A DNA stretch of 64,000 nt, taken from NCBI GenBank assembly GCA_000004985.1, contig GG738880.1. The stretch is one strand, 5' to 3'. The DNA is from Naegleria gruberi (lineage: Eukaryota). Under the pieces are notes generated by a model that worked only from the letters and a program-made list of their open reading frames with translations, ran no database searches and was not told the DNA's origin. The position numbers and the translations under genes were made by a program. This document shows, in pieces, positions 1 to 10,457 of this stretch. Every line of letters begins with the position of its first letter. Within the stretch, counting starts at the first letter, position 1.

Positions 1-804
1 CAAGGCTGCACTCAGTTGTGCATTATAAATTGATCTTAGTAAGTCATGAGAACGGCTAGCGTGTCCATCACTCTCCGGAGAATTTGGGGAGTGATTGGAT
101 TTGAAGGAACATTTACCAGAGTGTTTTCGGTTTATCTTGAGTTCATCCTTAAATTCTAGATCAATGGCACATGCCTTTCTATTCATACTAATTCGTTCCA
201 ATGTTTGTGTTGATTGTTGAATTTCTGCAAGGAGGTGATGTTTTCTCAGAAGTGAATCCAATTGTGATGTTGCAAATGATGTCGTTTCGTCGTCATCCAT
301 ATTCGAGGATGAGGAAGACGAGGAAACACTAGATGAGGCTATTGAAAAATGTCGTCCTGTTGAACTTGGATCAGAAATACTTTCAGAAGAGAATGGACAT
401 GAAAATCCAAAATCACCTGAAATACTTTCTCTATGATGAGGAGGTGAGAATGCTTGCTGATGAGATGTAGGTGTGCAAACAACACTTTCCTTATGATGAT
501 TATGTTCGGTTATTAAATTAATGTCTGTTCTGTTTGTTTTATTTGTTGAGGAGGATGGAATAGAATCACCCTGTTGTTCCATTGCTCGCGTATTGTTGTT
601 GTACAACTCTTGTTGAGAACAGCACTGTTGTTGAGTGACCATGCTGAGAAGAGTTTTGTTTTTTTTTTGGCTAATCGCTTTGGACATTTTAAGTGGTTTA
701 ACTACCGTAAAAGAGAGCGTTAAGAAAACAACAGTAGTTGTCACAATAAAGTCGTAAGGAAATTGTTGAGGATATGATTGAAAAATAATATGAGCGACAA
801 ACAT
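1..804 (-). CDS. Hypothetical protein, 5' portion only. The gene runs off the window start, so the C-terminus is missing. It has an N-terminal hydrophobic segment followed by a Ser-rich region.
   Basis: I translated the minus strand by hand. Frame 3k+1 is open from the stop at 937-939 down to position 1, with no in-frame stop over 268 codons. ATG candidates are at 804, 687 and 642; the one at 642 follows a poly-A run, as is common for starts in AT-rich amoebozoan genes. GC content is higher than in the flanking spacer. The ORF track omits it because no stop lies inside the window. Confidence 0.45.
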   Translation of the reverse strand, partial: MFVAHIIFQSYPQQFPYDFIVTTTVVFLTLSFTVVKPLKMSKAISQKKNKTLLSMVTQQQCCSQQELYNNNTRAMEQQGDSIPSSSTNKTNRTDINLITEHNHHKESVVCTPTSHQQAFSPPHHRESISGDFGFSCPFSSESISDPSSTGRHFSIASSSVSSSSSSSNMDDDETTSFATSQLDSLLRKHHLLAEIQQSTQTLERISMNRKACAIDLEFKDELKINRKHSGKCSFKSNHSPNSPESDGHASRSHDLLRSIYNAQLSAAL

Positions 805-1435
805 AGTTGTTCCCTTAATTATCCATAATGAAGGATTTATTGATATTAATATTATGAATATTTTGCAACTTTGATTGCTTAACGCAGAAAGATATCTATG
901 GAGAAATAATACATGTTTGTTCAGAATAGTTATCTGTTAAGAATCTGGACCCTATCAAGATATCAAATTAGAAAAATATCAAATTTATTTCAATTATCCA
1001 TGTAACATTCAAGCTGCTATCAACCTTATTACGTTCCTTGAAACGTTGAGCCTTGTTTTTTTGCTGTTCAACTTTACAAACTTTTTAAAGTGTTAATTCA
1101 ATAAACATCCTGTCCCTCTAGCCATGGAGAGTTTCATATTGTGAGTTACGACTTCCGAGGTATTCTGTTGAGTCGTTATCAAATTTTAGTGCTGATTACA
1201 AGATTTAGATTTTTTTTCAAAATAGAATTAGATTTGATATTATTGCACAAGAAAAATACTAGACACTCCTTTCGCTAATTTATTATCACTACTTGTGGTC
1301 CTGCTTTTTTCTCAACTGTCTGTTACTCTTTTGATATTTTCAGTTAAGTGAAAACAACATCAGAGAAACTTGTTCTTCTTTCTGTACTCCATAATAGATC
1401 ATATTATTATTGAGTAGATTAATATTTAAATAATC

Positions 1436-3198
1436 ATGGAATGGAATTGTTGTGGTATTAAACCATTGGCTCTTTTCCTAACGTTTTTTCTCGTGTTAGG
1501 ATCAGGTTTAATATTGTTTGGAGTATTGTTTGGTGTTTTGGGACCTAGAACACCATCCGATCCAAAGGATATTGCCCGATTTAATTCTCTAGCAAAGGTT
1601 TGTTAACATATTAATTCTATAGTATTAACAAGTAATATTCCGTATGGTTTAATTTTACATTGATGAATAATTACAATGTGGATTTTAATTTAATATTATA
1701 CTGTATGGTTGACATTATAATTAATAATGCGGAATTATGATATACTATTGTGCTAATATTATGTAATGATTAAATTATTATCAATTAATTGGATTAATTA
1801 AATATGTAATGATTAAATTATTATTATTAATAATGATTCGGATAATATTGACAGCAATGGCAAGCAACCAATAGAGAATTGTTTGCAGCCTTTAATTTCA
1901 ACATGACTGCAACACTTGTAAATAATGCTCCTATTCCTCCTGCTCCTTCTGTATCTGCAGTTCCCTCTCCCTCCACTTCTACTTCAACACTTCCTCCTTC
2001 AGCAAAGAAAAAGAACACCAATTTTGTCAATCTTCATGAGCCAGGTGTTGTCATTCCTCCAAAACTAAACTCTATTTATTCTAGGTTAAACTATGAGAAA
2101 CCTAAAGTGGAGACCCAAAAGGTCGTCAAAACAATCAAACAATCAACTATTGTTAAGAATACTACATTGGATGAAAATCTCATACTTTTGGATAATGTCA
2201 TAATGCAGAGCAATATGGATTCTGATGTTTTTCATCCTGGCGATCCATCCTTCTTACTCAAATATGACTCTCTTAAATATGAAGTTAAAAATCCGAATCC
2301 ATCCCTCTTATTCAACAAACCAATCAAGACCAATTTTGACAAGGCACTCAATATGACCATCTCATTTACCAATACATTAATGCTGTCAGTGAAACCAGAA
2401 GATAAGGAAGATGGAAAAAAGGGAGGTCTCACCCTCATGACAAATACTCCTAATACTACTCCTCACACAACACATATTGTGAATGGACCAGTCCTTACAG
2501 TACAAGCTCCTCTCGTATATTTGTTTTTGAAGACTGAATCTCCTATTTATGATTCTGGATCATGTAGGTATGGATTTATGGAAGATGGAAAGTGTTACCT
2601 TGTCCATAGATTGAGAGAAATTTGCCTAAAGGTAAAAATTGTCAGTGGTGTCGCAGTATTAGATAATAGTTTGTAAGTACTTTAATTTTACAAAGTATTT
2701 TAATGAATTATGGAACTAATTTCATTCTCAATTAATAATTGATAATATTCTATGTGGACATGATTAAATAATTCAAGTGGAGGATATGGATGTGGACCAA
2801 CAGATTTGCCATATGTACCAGCCATTCGATCAACATTTTCTGGATTGACCTATGTTTACAGTTTACTCAATACTGGTGAAGATGTCTACAATCATACAGT
2901 ACTTTTCCAAGATTTAACCATTACACTGCGGTCATCCAATGACCCATTCGTGTATGCCGAGTACATTACCAATGGTACACTCAATTTCCAACCTTGGTAT
3001 CACTATTATCAAAATATTGATGATGATATTGGCTTTGTGAGAGGATTTTTTGGATTTGGAAGTTTGGGATTGGGTGTTGTGATTGTCTTACCGAGCTTGC
3101 TATTTTGTTTATTATTTTGTTGTTGCAGTCCAACTCTTAGAAAGAAATTCATGGTTGACGATCTAAGAGAGGAGCATGCACTCCTATTGAATATGTAA
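1436..3198 (+). CDS. Predicted membrane protein of about 465 aa in three exons, 1436..1597, 1855..2672 and 2778..3198. Function unknown.
   Basis: Exon 1 begins at ATG 1436 and encodes a hydrophobic N-terminus (MEWNCCGIKPLALFLTFFLVLGSGLILFGVLFGVLG); it ends at the GTTTGT donor at 1598. Exon 2 is ORF 1879..2676, open back to the ACAG acceptor at 1854 and ending at the GTAAGT donor at 2673. Exon 3 is ORF 2806..3198, open back to the acceptor at 2777, with a C-terminal TM segment (GLGVVIVLPSLLFCLLFCCC). Both junctions keep the reading frame. Confidence 0.5.
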
Positions 3199-3842
3199 GG
3201 TTAAAAGTTCACCATTTCCTTACCTTTTGTTGCCTTTATTAATATCTATTTCCAAAACTATTTTTTCATTTGTGTTGGCCAACATTCCATTAGGACACAA
3301 CAAGAACAAAGGGAAAGCAAAAATTTCAAACATCTTCTCTATCCAAACCGAAAGCAACCAGGTTATTAGAAACATGTTACTCGAGAATCAATTGATTATC
3401 CAAGCATGAAAGTTTGTTTACTTTAATGCAGTCCAAAACCCAAAAGGCTAGTGCACTTTCAAACAATAATGTTATCTCGTTATTGTTGATTAGCATGCTT
3501 TGACAGCCCCTTCCATAACAAATCCCTCTCAATACATAACAGACCAGACGTTTGAGTGCTGCAACACGTACTTCCAAATTTTAAAAAAAAAACCGCCCAT
3601 AACCAGGTCTTGGCTGACACACTTACCTCTCAATAAAGTTCAGCAGCATCAAAACCTTGCTCTCTCTGTGTGTGTTCGTGTTCGTATTTTCGTTTGAACG
3701 GCAACAGTTTCTTCAAATTTGTTTTGCAATTTTCTTGTTGTTTGTAATCAACAACGACAGGGAGAAAGAATTACTGATAGTAATAGGAGGATTCATAGAG
3801 AATCATCGTAAAAAGTAATATCATCACAAAATAGTATATCAA

Positions 3843-6383
3843 ATGATGAGAGAACTTGCCACTGATGATAATTCACATGCAATAGCATCAACGTTATCTT
3901 CTTCTTCTGAAAAGATGAAAAGGCCTCAACAACAACCAACCACAATCAAAATGGTTGCTCGTACCAAGTCGGCAAGTGTGAGGGCTAAACAATTATTTGA
4001 ACAAGAGCAAGCCTTAAAAAGACAGATGCAAGAACAAGAGCAGAATACTGAGGAGGATGATGGTGATGGTGATGAGAATGAGAAGGATGAATCAGATAAT
4101 AGTAGTGATAATAGTAGTAGTTTGAGTAGTTATTCGATTTCTTCTGAGGGGAGTTTGGAAGAAGTTTGTGCAAAGAGTTTGATGGTTCTTAACAAACAAG
4201 AAGATAATAACATTGCAATAGTAGAAATAACGGATGATGAAAAGAGTAGTAATGGTAGTGGAAGCAGCAATGGTGGCGTTGTGGAAAATTCAAAATCCAA
4301 TGAAACTACCACATCAAATTGTACTAATCAGAATTCCACTATAATTTCTGACAATGAACAAGTATTGAGAGAACCCAAAGTCATTGAGGATGATGTATTG
4401 AACACATTGGTGGCAATGAAACATCAGCAGGATCAACCTCAGGTGCAATGCACGATAACCAATGTTGCATCATCACAACAAGATGGTTCTGTATCGTCAC
4501 TGCCTGAGAAGAGGACAATCGAAAATGTTAATGAACGGATACAACCTTGTGACGATACAACAACTCGGGAGCATTCAAATATGAAAAATACTGAAATTGG
4601 AAATACTCAACACCTTAATCTTTCCTATAATCCTAATCATGCTGAGGCAAGATCAACAACTGATGTTTCAGACAATACAACACAACAATACTCCTCATCT
4701 GTTGATGGACAATTACAAATGCACACAACAGTCACTCCATCAATACATACAACCCTGAAAAACAGTTCATTACCTCAAACACAGCAGCAGCAGCTGCAAC
4801 CATCTCTTCCCCAAATTTATCATCACAAAGATGATCATCAATACTCATATAGTACCTCAACAATTTCAACAATCGTTACTACAGCCAATGCATCTGTAAC
4901 AAAGTCAGCATCTACTGCATATCATCAACACCAATACACTGTAAACTCGAGTCCATCAAACAAAACCACCTACCCAGAGTCTCACTACCTTAATTCGTAT
5001 GGATCCTCTGGTGGACCAATACCAACAATAACAACTAGACATTCACCACCTCAAAGTCCTACCATTATTACTAATAGTATACCACCACAACAACCATCAT
5101 CCTCATCATCACATTATAGTGGTAGTAGTAGCTCTGCATTTTCAAGTCAAGTATTCTCATCACCTCCAAGATATGATCCTTCTATTAGTAATAATACTGT
5201 CCCACCTGCATCTATTCATTCTACACCACCACCACCACCACAAAAGGTATCTTCACATATCTATGATCATGGTGTTTATACCAAACACTATCACCAACCT
5301 CCAATGGTTTATCATTATCATCAACCTTATCTTCCTCCAATGTCTGTCCCTCCACCACCTCATCATCATGTTCCTTATATGCAACCCTATATGACCAATC
5401 CAATGATGAGCATTCCTCCACACAATCAAACATCTTCGTATAGTTCAATTCCTCAACAAGAGCAATATTATTATCAACAGCAAACAAGCAGCAGTTCTAA
5501 ACCACCAATTCAAGGATCTTATCCTTCTTCTTCCACAACAACTTATGTAAATAGCTCACCACATCATCAACCAGCTCTATCAAATCAAAGTTCAAGTTCA
5601 AAATCAACTAGTCCACAACCACTAACACCATCGCATGAAACTCTTGGAAATTCATCCAATAATAATCAACCAAAAAACTCGTTTTTTCAAGATATTATTC
5701 AAATTCCAAAACCAATGGAATCTACCAAAAGAAAGCGAGAATATCTCAAAGATATTGTCTTGGATACTGCAAAATTAGGCCAATTAGAATATGAAACCTT
5801 TGTGGCTGAACAACAACGAAGACAGGAAGGAGCTATCACACCTAACAAGAAGAGTAAGCTTTTTAATATGGATTTTATGAATACAGTCGATCCAAATATC
5901 ATGAGAGACAAGATTGAAATTACAAAAAGAAAGGAATTTTATGCTGATCCAGCTCCACCTAGAACAGAATATTTGGAAATTTTGCAAGGTGTTCGAGCCA
6001 ATGCAGAATACAAGTTTGGAGATCCACTGCCTGATCATGTTGTCAAGGTAACATTTGGTAGATATAGTGAAACTGCCAAGTCAGCTTCTGTTAGACTTTC
6101 AATTTATGGAAGAGGTCTTAGAGATGAACCAAAAAAGAGGAAGTTTATTCAAGCCATTGCAAATTTTGAGTTGGAGGTCATTAATGGAGCAGCAAAAGTC
6201 ACCTTTTCAGATCTTGCAGCAAGACATGCTAGTCACAAATTTGGGAAAATGTTGTTTTTGAGATTTGGATTATTGTGTGATGGTGTAGAAGTTTCTTCAG
6301 TTGAAACTGAAGGTTTTACCACCATCACCTTACGAGGTATTCAAAAGAGACAACAACGACAGAATAAAGAAGTCAATCAATAA
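3843..6383 (+). CDS. Low-complexity Gln/Ser/Thr/Pro/His-rich protein of 846 aa with a conserved globular C-terminal domain of about 200 aa. Possibly a nuclear or transcriptional regulator.
   Basis: Single ATG-initiated ORF. It contains an acidic stretch, poly-Q, poly-P and His-rich tracts. The final ~230 aa are non-repetitive (KRKREYLKDIVLDTAKLGQLEYETF...EYKFGDPLPDHVVKVTFGRYSETAKSASVRLSIYGRGLRDEPKKRKF...ITLRGIQKRQQRQ) and contain basic NLS-like KRKR and KKRK motifs. Confidence 0.55.
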   Translation: MMRELATDDNSHAIASTLSSSSEKMKRPQQQPTTIKMVARTKSASVRAKQLFEQEQALKRQMQEQEQNTEEDDGDGDENEKDESDNSSDNSSSLSSYSISSEGSLEEVCAKSLMVLNKQEDNNIAIVEITDDEKSSNGSGSSNGGVVENSKSNETTTSNCTNQNSTIISDNEQVLREPKVIEDDVLNTLVAMKHQQDQPQVQCTITNVASSQQDGSVSSLPEKRTIENVNERIQPCDDTTTREHSNMKNTEIGNTQHLNLSYNPNHAEARSTTDVSDNTTQQYSSSVDGQLQMHTTVTPSIHTTLKNSSLPQTQQQQLQPSLPQIYHHKDDHQYSYSTSTISTIVTTANASVTKSASTAYHQHQYTVNSSPSNKTTYPESHYLNSYGSSGGPIPTITTRHSPPQSPTIITNSIPPQQPSSSSSHYSGSSSSAFSSQVFSSPPRYDPSISNNTVPPASIHSTPPPPPQKVSSHIYDHGVYTKHYHQPPMVYHYHQPYLPPMSVPPPPHHHVPYMQPYMTNPMMSIPPHNQTSSYSSIPQQEQYYYQQQTSSSSKPPIQGSYPSSSTTTYVNSSPHHQPALSNQSSSSKSTSPQPLTPSHETLGNSSNNNQPKNSFFQDIIQIPKPMESTKRKREYLKDIVLDTAKLGQLEYETFVAEQQRRQEGAITPNKKSKLFNMDFMNTVDPNIMRDKIEITKRKEFYADPAPPRTEYLEILQGVRANAEYKFGDPLPDHVVKVTFGRYSETAKSASVRLSIYGRGLRDEPKKRKFIQAIANFELEVINGAAKVTFSDLAARHASHKFGKMLFLRFGLLCDGVEVSSVETEGFTTITLRGIQKRQQRQNKEVNQ

Positions 6384-6424
6384 ATTGAAAGTTCTTTGTC
6401 TTAATATTAGTGGATTTTAATTTA

Positions 6425-7927
6425 TTAAAAACAAAGAGCAAGTGTTCCACTTCTCAAAGCAAAGGAGGCTTCCATATTTGAACTCTCATCTTGTGAAGGA
6501 GATTGATTGAGCAGTGATCTCTCTAATTGTTTCAATTGAGAGACAAAACCTGAATTTGGTTGAACTAAACCTCTCTTTGCCTTGACAAACTCGAGAGCAG
6601 TTTCAAAAGACCACTCATTCTTTTTCATCAGATAGGATATCAATACAGAGGCAGATCTTGATTTTCCCTTCATGCAATGAACCAACACTGACGATCCAGA
6701 ACTTATTGCCTTCTCTATAAACTCGTAAGATATTTGGAAAATATCAGAAATATTTTGATCTTCCTCATCGTAGAGGTGCAGATTCAAATACTCGAATCCC
6801 TTCTCAGGGTAAATTGGCTCCAAGGATTTCACACAAGTGACAATGTGAGTAATTCCAAGTTGCTTTAAAACTGGTTCATTGAATGCATCATCAATATCAC
6901 CTAGAAAGAGATTGTCCAAAATTCTTGTGGCTGCAAACTCTGACTTGGGTGTTCCATATCTTGCAATCTGACACAATTTGTAATAATATTTCAATGCCTT
7001 TCTCGATAAAAAGTGACTAAACTTTTCAGGTGATTGCAAATAGAGAATTGCCTTCTTGTTATGCTTAGCCTTATGTAGAATATCTATGGAATCATCAGGT
7101 GGACTATTCTGTGATTCTCTCTGAGATGTCACCATTCCAAGTTCAAGCATTCTCAAAAACTTTTTCTTTACATTGACATATCTCTGTTTGATTTCTTCCT
7201 CTTGTTGAGATTTCTTCTCCAACTTTTCAATCTTTTGCAATTTATATTCCAATCTCTCTAGAACCACATCGAGAGGAGCACACGACTTGTTTTTACATAT
7301 TTCCATAGCTTTCTGATCTCTATTCTCTATCTTTTCATTATATTTACAACAGGATGAGGAAGAGCTATCATGCTCCTCAGTATTTACAAGAACAAACTCA
7401 AAAGTGTTTGTTTCAAATAATGAATTTCCAGCCTTATGATTGAGAAGGAAAGATGGAGAAGAAATTGACCTTTTGTAATTCCTCTTGTGATTATAGAAAT
7501 GCTTGTTTGATTTTGGACTTGACAGATGGTGTACTTTTCTTGAATTGACAGCTGCTGTAGGACCATTCACAGGTGAGGCAATTGATGAAGCTGAATTTTG
7601 AATCATTGAGCAAGTTGACTCTATATATTCAAGATCATGAACAGCTTCATCCAAAGATGAATCCTTACTTAATTCATCTTCATCGCAGTCATTACATTGT
7701 TCTATTCTTTGTTGTTGTTGATCATCTTCTATGTGATTCTTGGAATTCTCCAAAACATCTTCCCATTGATCATCCGAAGGACTTGGACAAGTAGCACACT
7801 TGAATACCAAACCCTCATCATATTCCTCATCATTTTCATTGATCTTATATTGTTTCTCCATAGTAGTGCGGTTATGATTGAGCATGAGCAAAGCTTCGTT
7901 ATTAGTGGCGAGACGCAAGGCTTTCAT
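6425..7927 (-). CDS. Dual-specificity protein phosphatase, MAPK-phosphatase-like, 500 aa.
   Basis: ATG start. The C-terminal catalytic domain carries the canonical CX5R P-loop (VLVHCMKGKSRSASVLISYLM) and the upstream DSP motifs GITHIVTCV and FEYLNLHLYDEED. The N-terminal region is acidic and low-complexity. Confidence 0.85.
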   Translation of the reverse strand: MKALRLATNNEALLMLNHNRTTMEKQYKINENDEEYDEGLVFKCATCPSPSDDQWEDVLENSKNHIEDDQQQQRIEQCNDCDEDELSKDSSLDEAVHDLEYIESTCSMIQNSASSIASPVNGPTAAVNSRKVHHLSSPKSNKHFYNHKRNYKRSISSPSFLLNHKAGNSLFETNTFEFVLVNTEEHDSSSSSCCKYNEKIENRDQKAMEICKNKSCAPLDVVLERLEYKLQKIEKLEKKSQQEEEIKQRYVNVKKKFLRMLELGMVTSQRESQNSPPDDSIDILHKAKHNKKAILYLQSPEKFSHFLSRKALKYYYKLCQIARYGTPKSEFAATRILDNLFLGDIDDAFNEPVLKQLGITHIVTCVKSLEPIYPEKGFEYLNLHLYDEEDQNISDIFQISYEFIEKAISSGSSVLVHCMKGKSRSASVLISYLMKKNEWSFETALEFVKAKRGLVQPNSGFVSQLKQLERSLLNQSPSQDESSNMEASFALRSGTLALCF

Positions 7928-8733
7928 TTGCAGTCTTTTTTTTTATTGTAGATGAAAAAATCTCTCGTTTGCTGTTGTGCTGTTGTTGGAGCTGTTCAGT
8001 TCGGTCGTTGTTGTTTGTATCTCCAAATTACTTGTTTTGATTTATTTGGAAATTTAAATGATGATTTGAGTTTGGAGAGAGGTGCTAGTGGAATTATTTG
8101 TTATATGTTGGATTGAGAAGATTTGGTAAGAAAAATGATATTGAAAATTGGCGGTTTTTTTTCAAGATAAGAAATGATATCTCGTTAATGTTTGATGTTT
8201 TTATTTTGTGTTGTTATCAATTGTTTACAAATATTACATCTGAAAAGATGATTGAGCGGAATTGCTCTCATCACACCTCAATATTTATAAGGGAATAAGG
8301 TAACGCGATTTTTTGCATTTTTATTGTTCGTTTGGTTGGGAATCGTCGGGGATTGAAGATATTATGAGAAGTTGTAGTTTGAGAAGATATTGTTATGAGG
8401 ATTTTTGTTAATTATTGTTGTAGTGGTGCTGTGCTGATTTTGTATGATGGCTGCCGAAATCCAAGTTATTGTAATAATAGCTATAATAACTGAAATTTTG
8501 CAATTTTAAGATTTCGCCATTAATTTCGGAACGTTGATGATGATCATTACATAAAGTATATTACAAATTAATATTAAGGAAATATTAGAAAGATTGTATT
8601 ATATTATGAAATATTGATCCAAATGATTTTCAAATTATCAGGTCTTGAGTTTCTCCAAAAGAAATAGTATATATGATGAAATAATTATCATGTTCATTGA
8701 ATCTGCCTAGTAATAGTATCGGAATCATTATTA

Positions 8734-10457
8734 TTAACAAGTATATGAACCATTCCAATTCAAAAATACATAGGCACTTTCCAAAATGGATGGATTTGCT
8801 GGAGTATACATGAATACAAACTTGATTGACATTTCTGCCAATTTACCTTCTTTCAGCTTGATCATGGCTCTGGCAGTTCTTTCAGCTCTGAGATGAGATT
8901 GTTGCAAAACAGCAAGTCCATTATCGACATGTGAAATTATTGTTTCTCTAGTTGCCTTGGCTTCACATAACAAATTGAGTTGAGTTTGAATGAAATCAGG
9001 GCCCATAATTGAATCCAATCGAGTCAATGGTTGCTCTTCAAACATGGTAGAGAGTGGATCGCTCACATACTGAACAGATGTAAAATCAGAACCAACAGCA
9101 ACAACACCCAATGGCTTTTCAACAAGTTGTGATGGAGTAGTGGCATCATTCACTGGATAGACATTAGTTGATGTTGAAGTAAGTGTTGTAATAATTGATG
9201 GAGTTGTTGGAGCATGCGCAATATCAGAAGAAGTCATAATCTCAACCTTAGAGAGTTTTGGTTTGGTTTCAAAGTTTTGCTCTGCTTCATTTGGAGATGA
9301 TTTTCTCTTCTTTGATTCGGCTGAGGTTTTAGCTTTGGTCTTTTTACCAGATTTACCATTTTTATCCAATGCCACTGAGGTATTATTTGATTCGATATCT
9401 TGATTTGAACCCATTGTTGATCTTCCTCTCTTCTTGGTTGATTTCATTTCCACACATTCCAAACCCAATCTTACGCATCTTTCACATGGTCGTTCGAAAC
9501 CACATCTTGTATGACGTTTCTGACATTCAACACATGCTTTGCTTGCTCTCTTTCTGCCATTAGGATAGGGTGAATTCTTTTCTTGACTATTGGTTGGAGA
9601 GCTAGTTCTTGTACTGCTCTTATCTCCAGTTGGAGTTGTATTGACATTGGCATGTCCACGTTGTTTTTGGCCATTTGAACTATTGCCAGAAGAATGAGAT
9701 GGTGATTTAACATCATGTTGTTGATCTTGCTCATCCTCAGTTAAATGATCAAAATCATCATCTTCTTCCTCAGCATGCTTTCTATTCGAAACAGTTCGAT
9801 TCTTCCTTGATTGTCTTTGTGGAGAAGTTGCAACAATAGTTGGATTGAAAGAATGATGATCTTCAATATCGAATGAAGTTAGTGGTTCTGAATTATCCAA
9901 CAAGTGAATAAAATCTTCCTCTCCTTTCAAAATTGAAACCATGCCATCCACATGTTCAGGTGAAAAGAAGCCCTGATGTGGCTGATGTTGTTGTGATGAT
10001 GATTATTATTCATGTGAGTGGTATCTACATTATAGTGGTGGAAAGTTGTTGTTGCATTATTGTTTACATGTTGTTGGAATGCTTGTTGTGGATTGGAATG
10101 TTGTTGTGGATTGTTGTGATAGAAATGTTGGTCAGGGAGATTTGAGTCGTGATAGTAAGAAGGAAGCATCATATTCTGTTTCGAATTGTGATGTTGGGAA
10201 AGGATGGCTTGATTTCTCGAATAGATATCCATCAGGGATTGTTTAGTAACTAATCCATTCATCATCATTGATTCCATAGTGTGGTCAATTTGTGCACCAC
10301 CATGTTCCAAGTAAGGATGCTGACTTGGCATTGAATAATTGTTATTATTATTCAATGGTGGCATATAGGATGGAAATGAATTCACGAGATTACCATTGTT
10401 AATAGTACTATTATTTGTTGCTGAATTATTTGCTGCTGACATGACACGTGTAGCCAT
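8734..10457 (-). CDS. Zn(II)2Cys6 (GAL4-type) binuclear-cluster transcription factor. Two ORFs (9927..10457 and 8734..9951) are joined either by a 47- or 56-nt intron or by a frameshift.
   Basis: ATG at 10457 opens an Asn/His/Gln-rich N-terminus. The downstream ORF carries a perfect C-X2-C-X6-C-X5-C-X2-C-X6-C signature with basic residues (ACVECQKRHTRCGFERPCERCVRLGLEC). The two frames differ by +1. A GTAGAT donor at minus-strand position 10028 paired with either ATCAG acceptor (intron 9982..10028 or 9973..10028) restores the frame. Confidence 0.65.

Noticed and set aside
9369-10246. Plus-strand ORFs antisense to the Zn2Cys6 gene.
   Set aside because: They are antisense artefacts of a long minus-strand coding region and are low-complexity.
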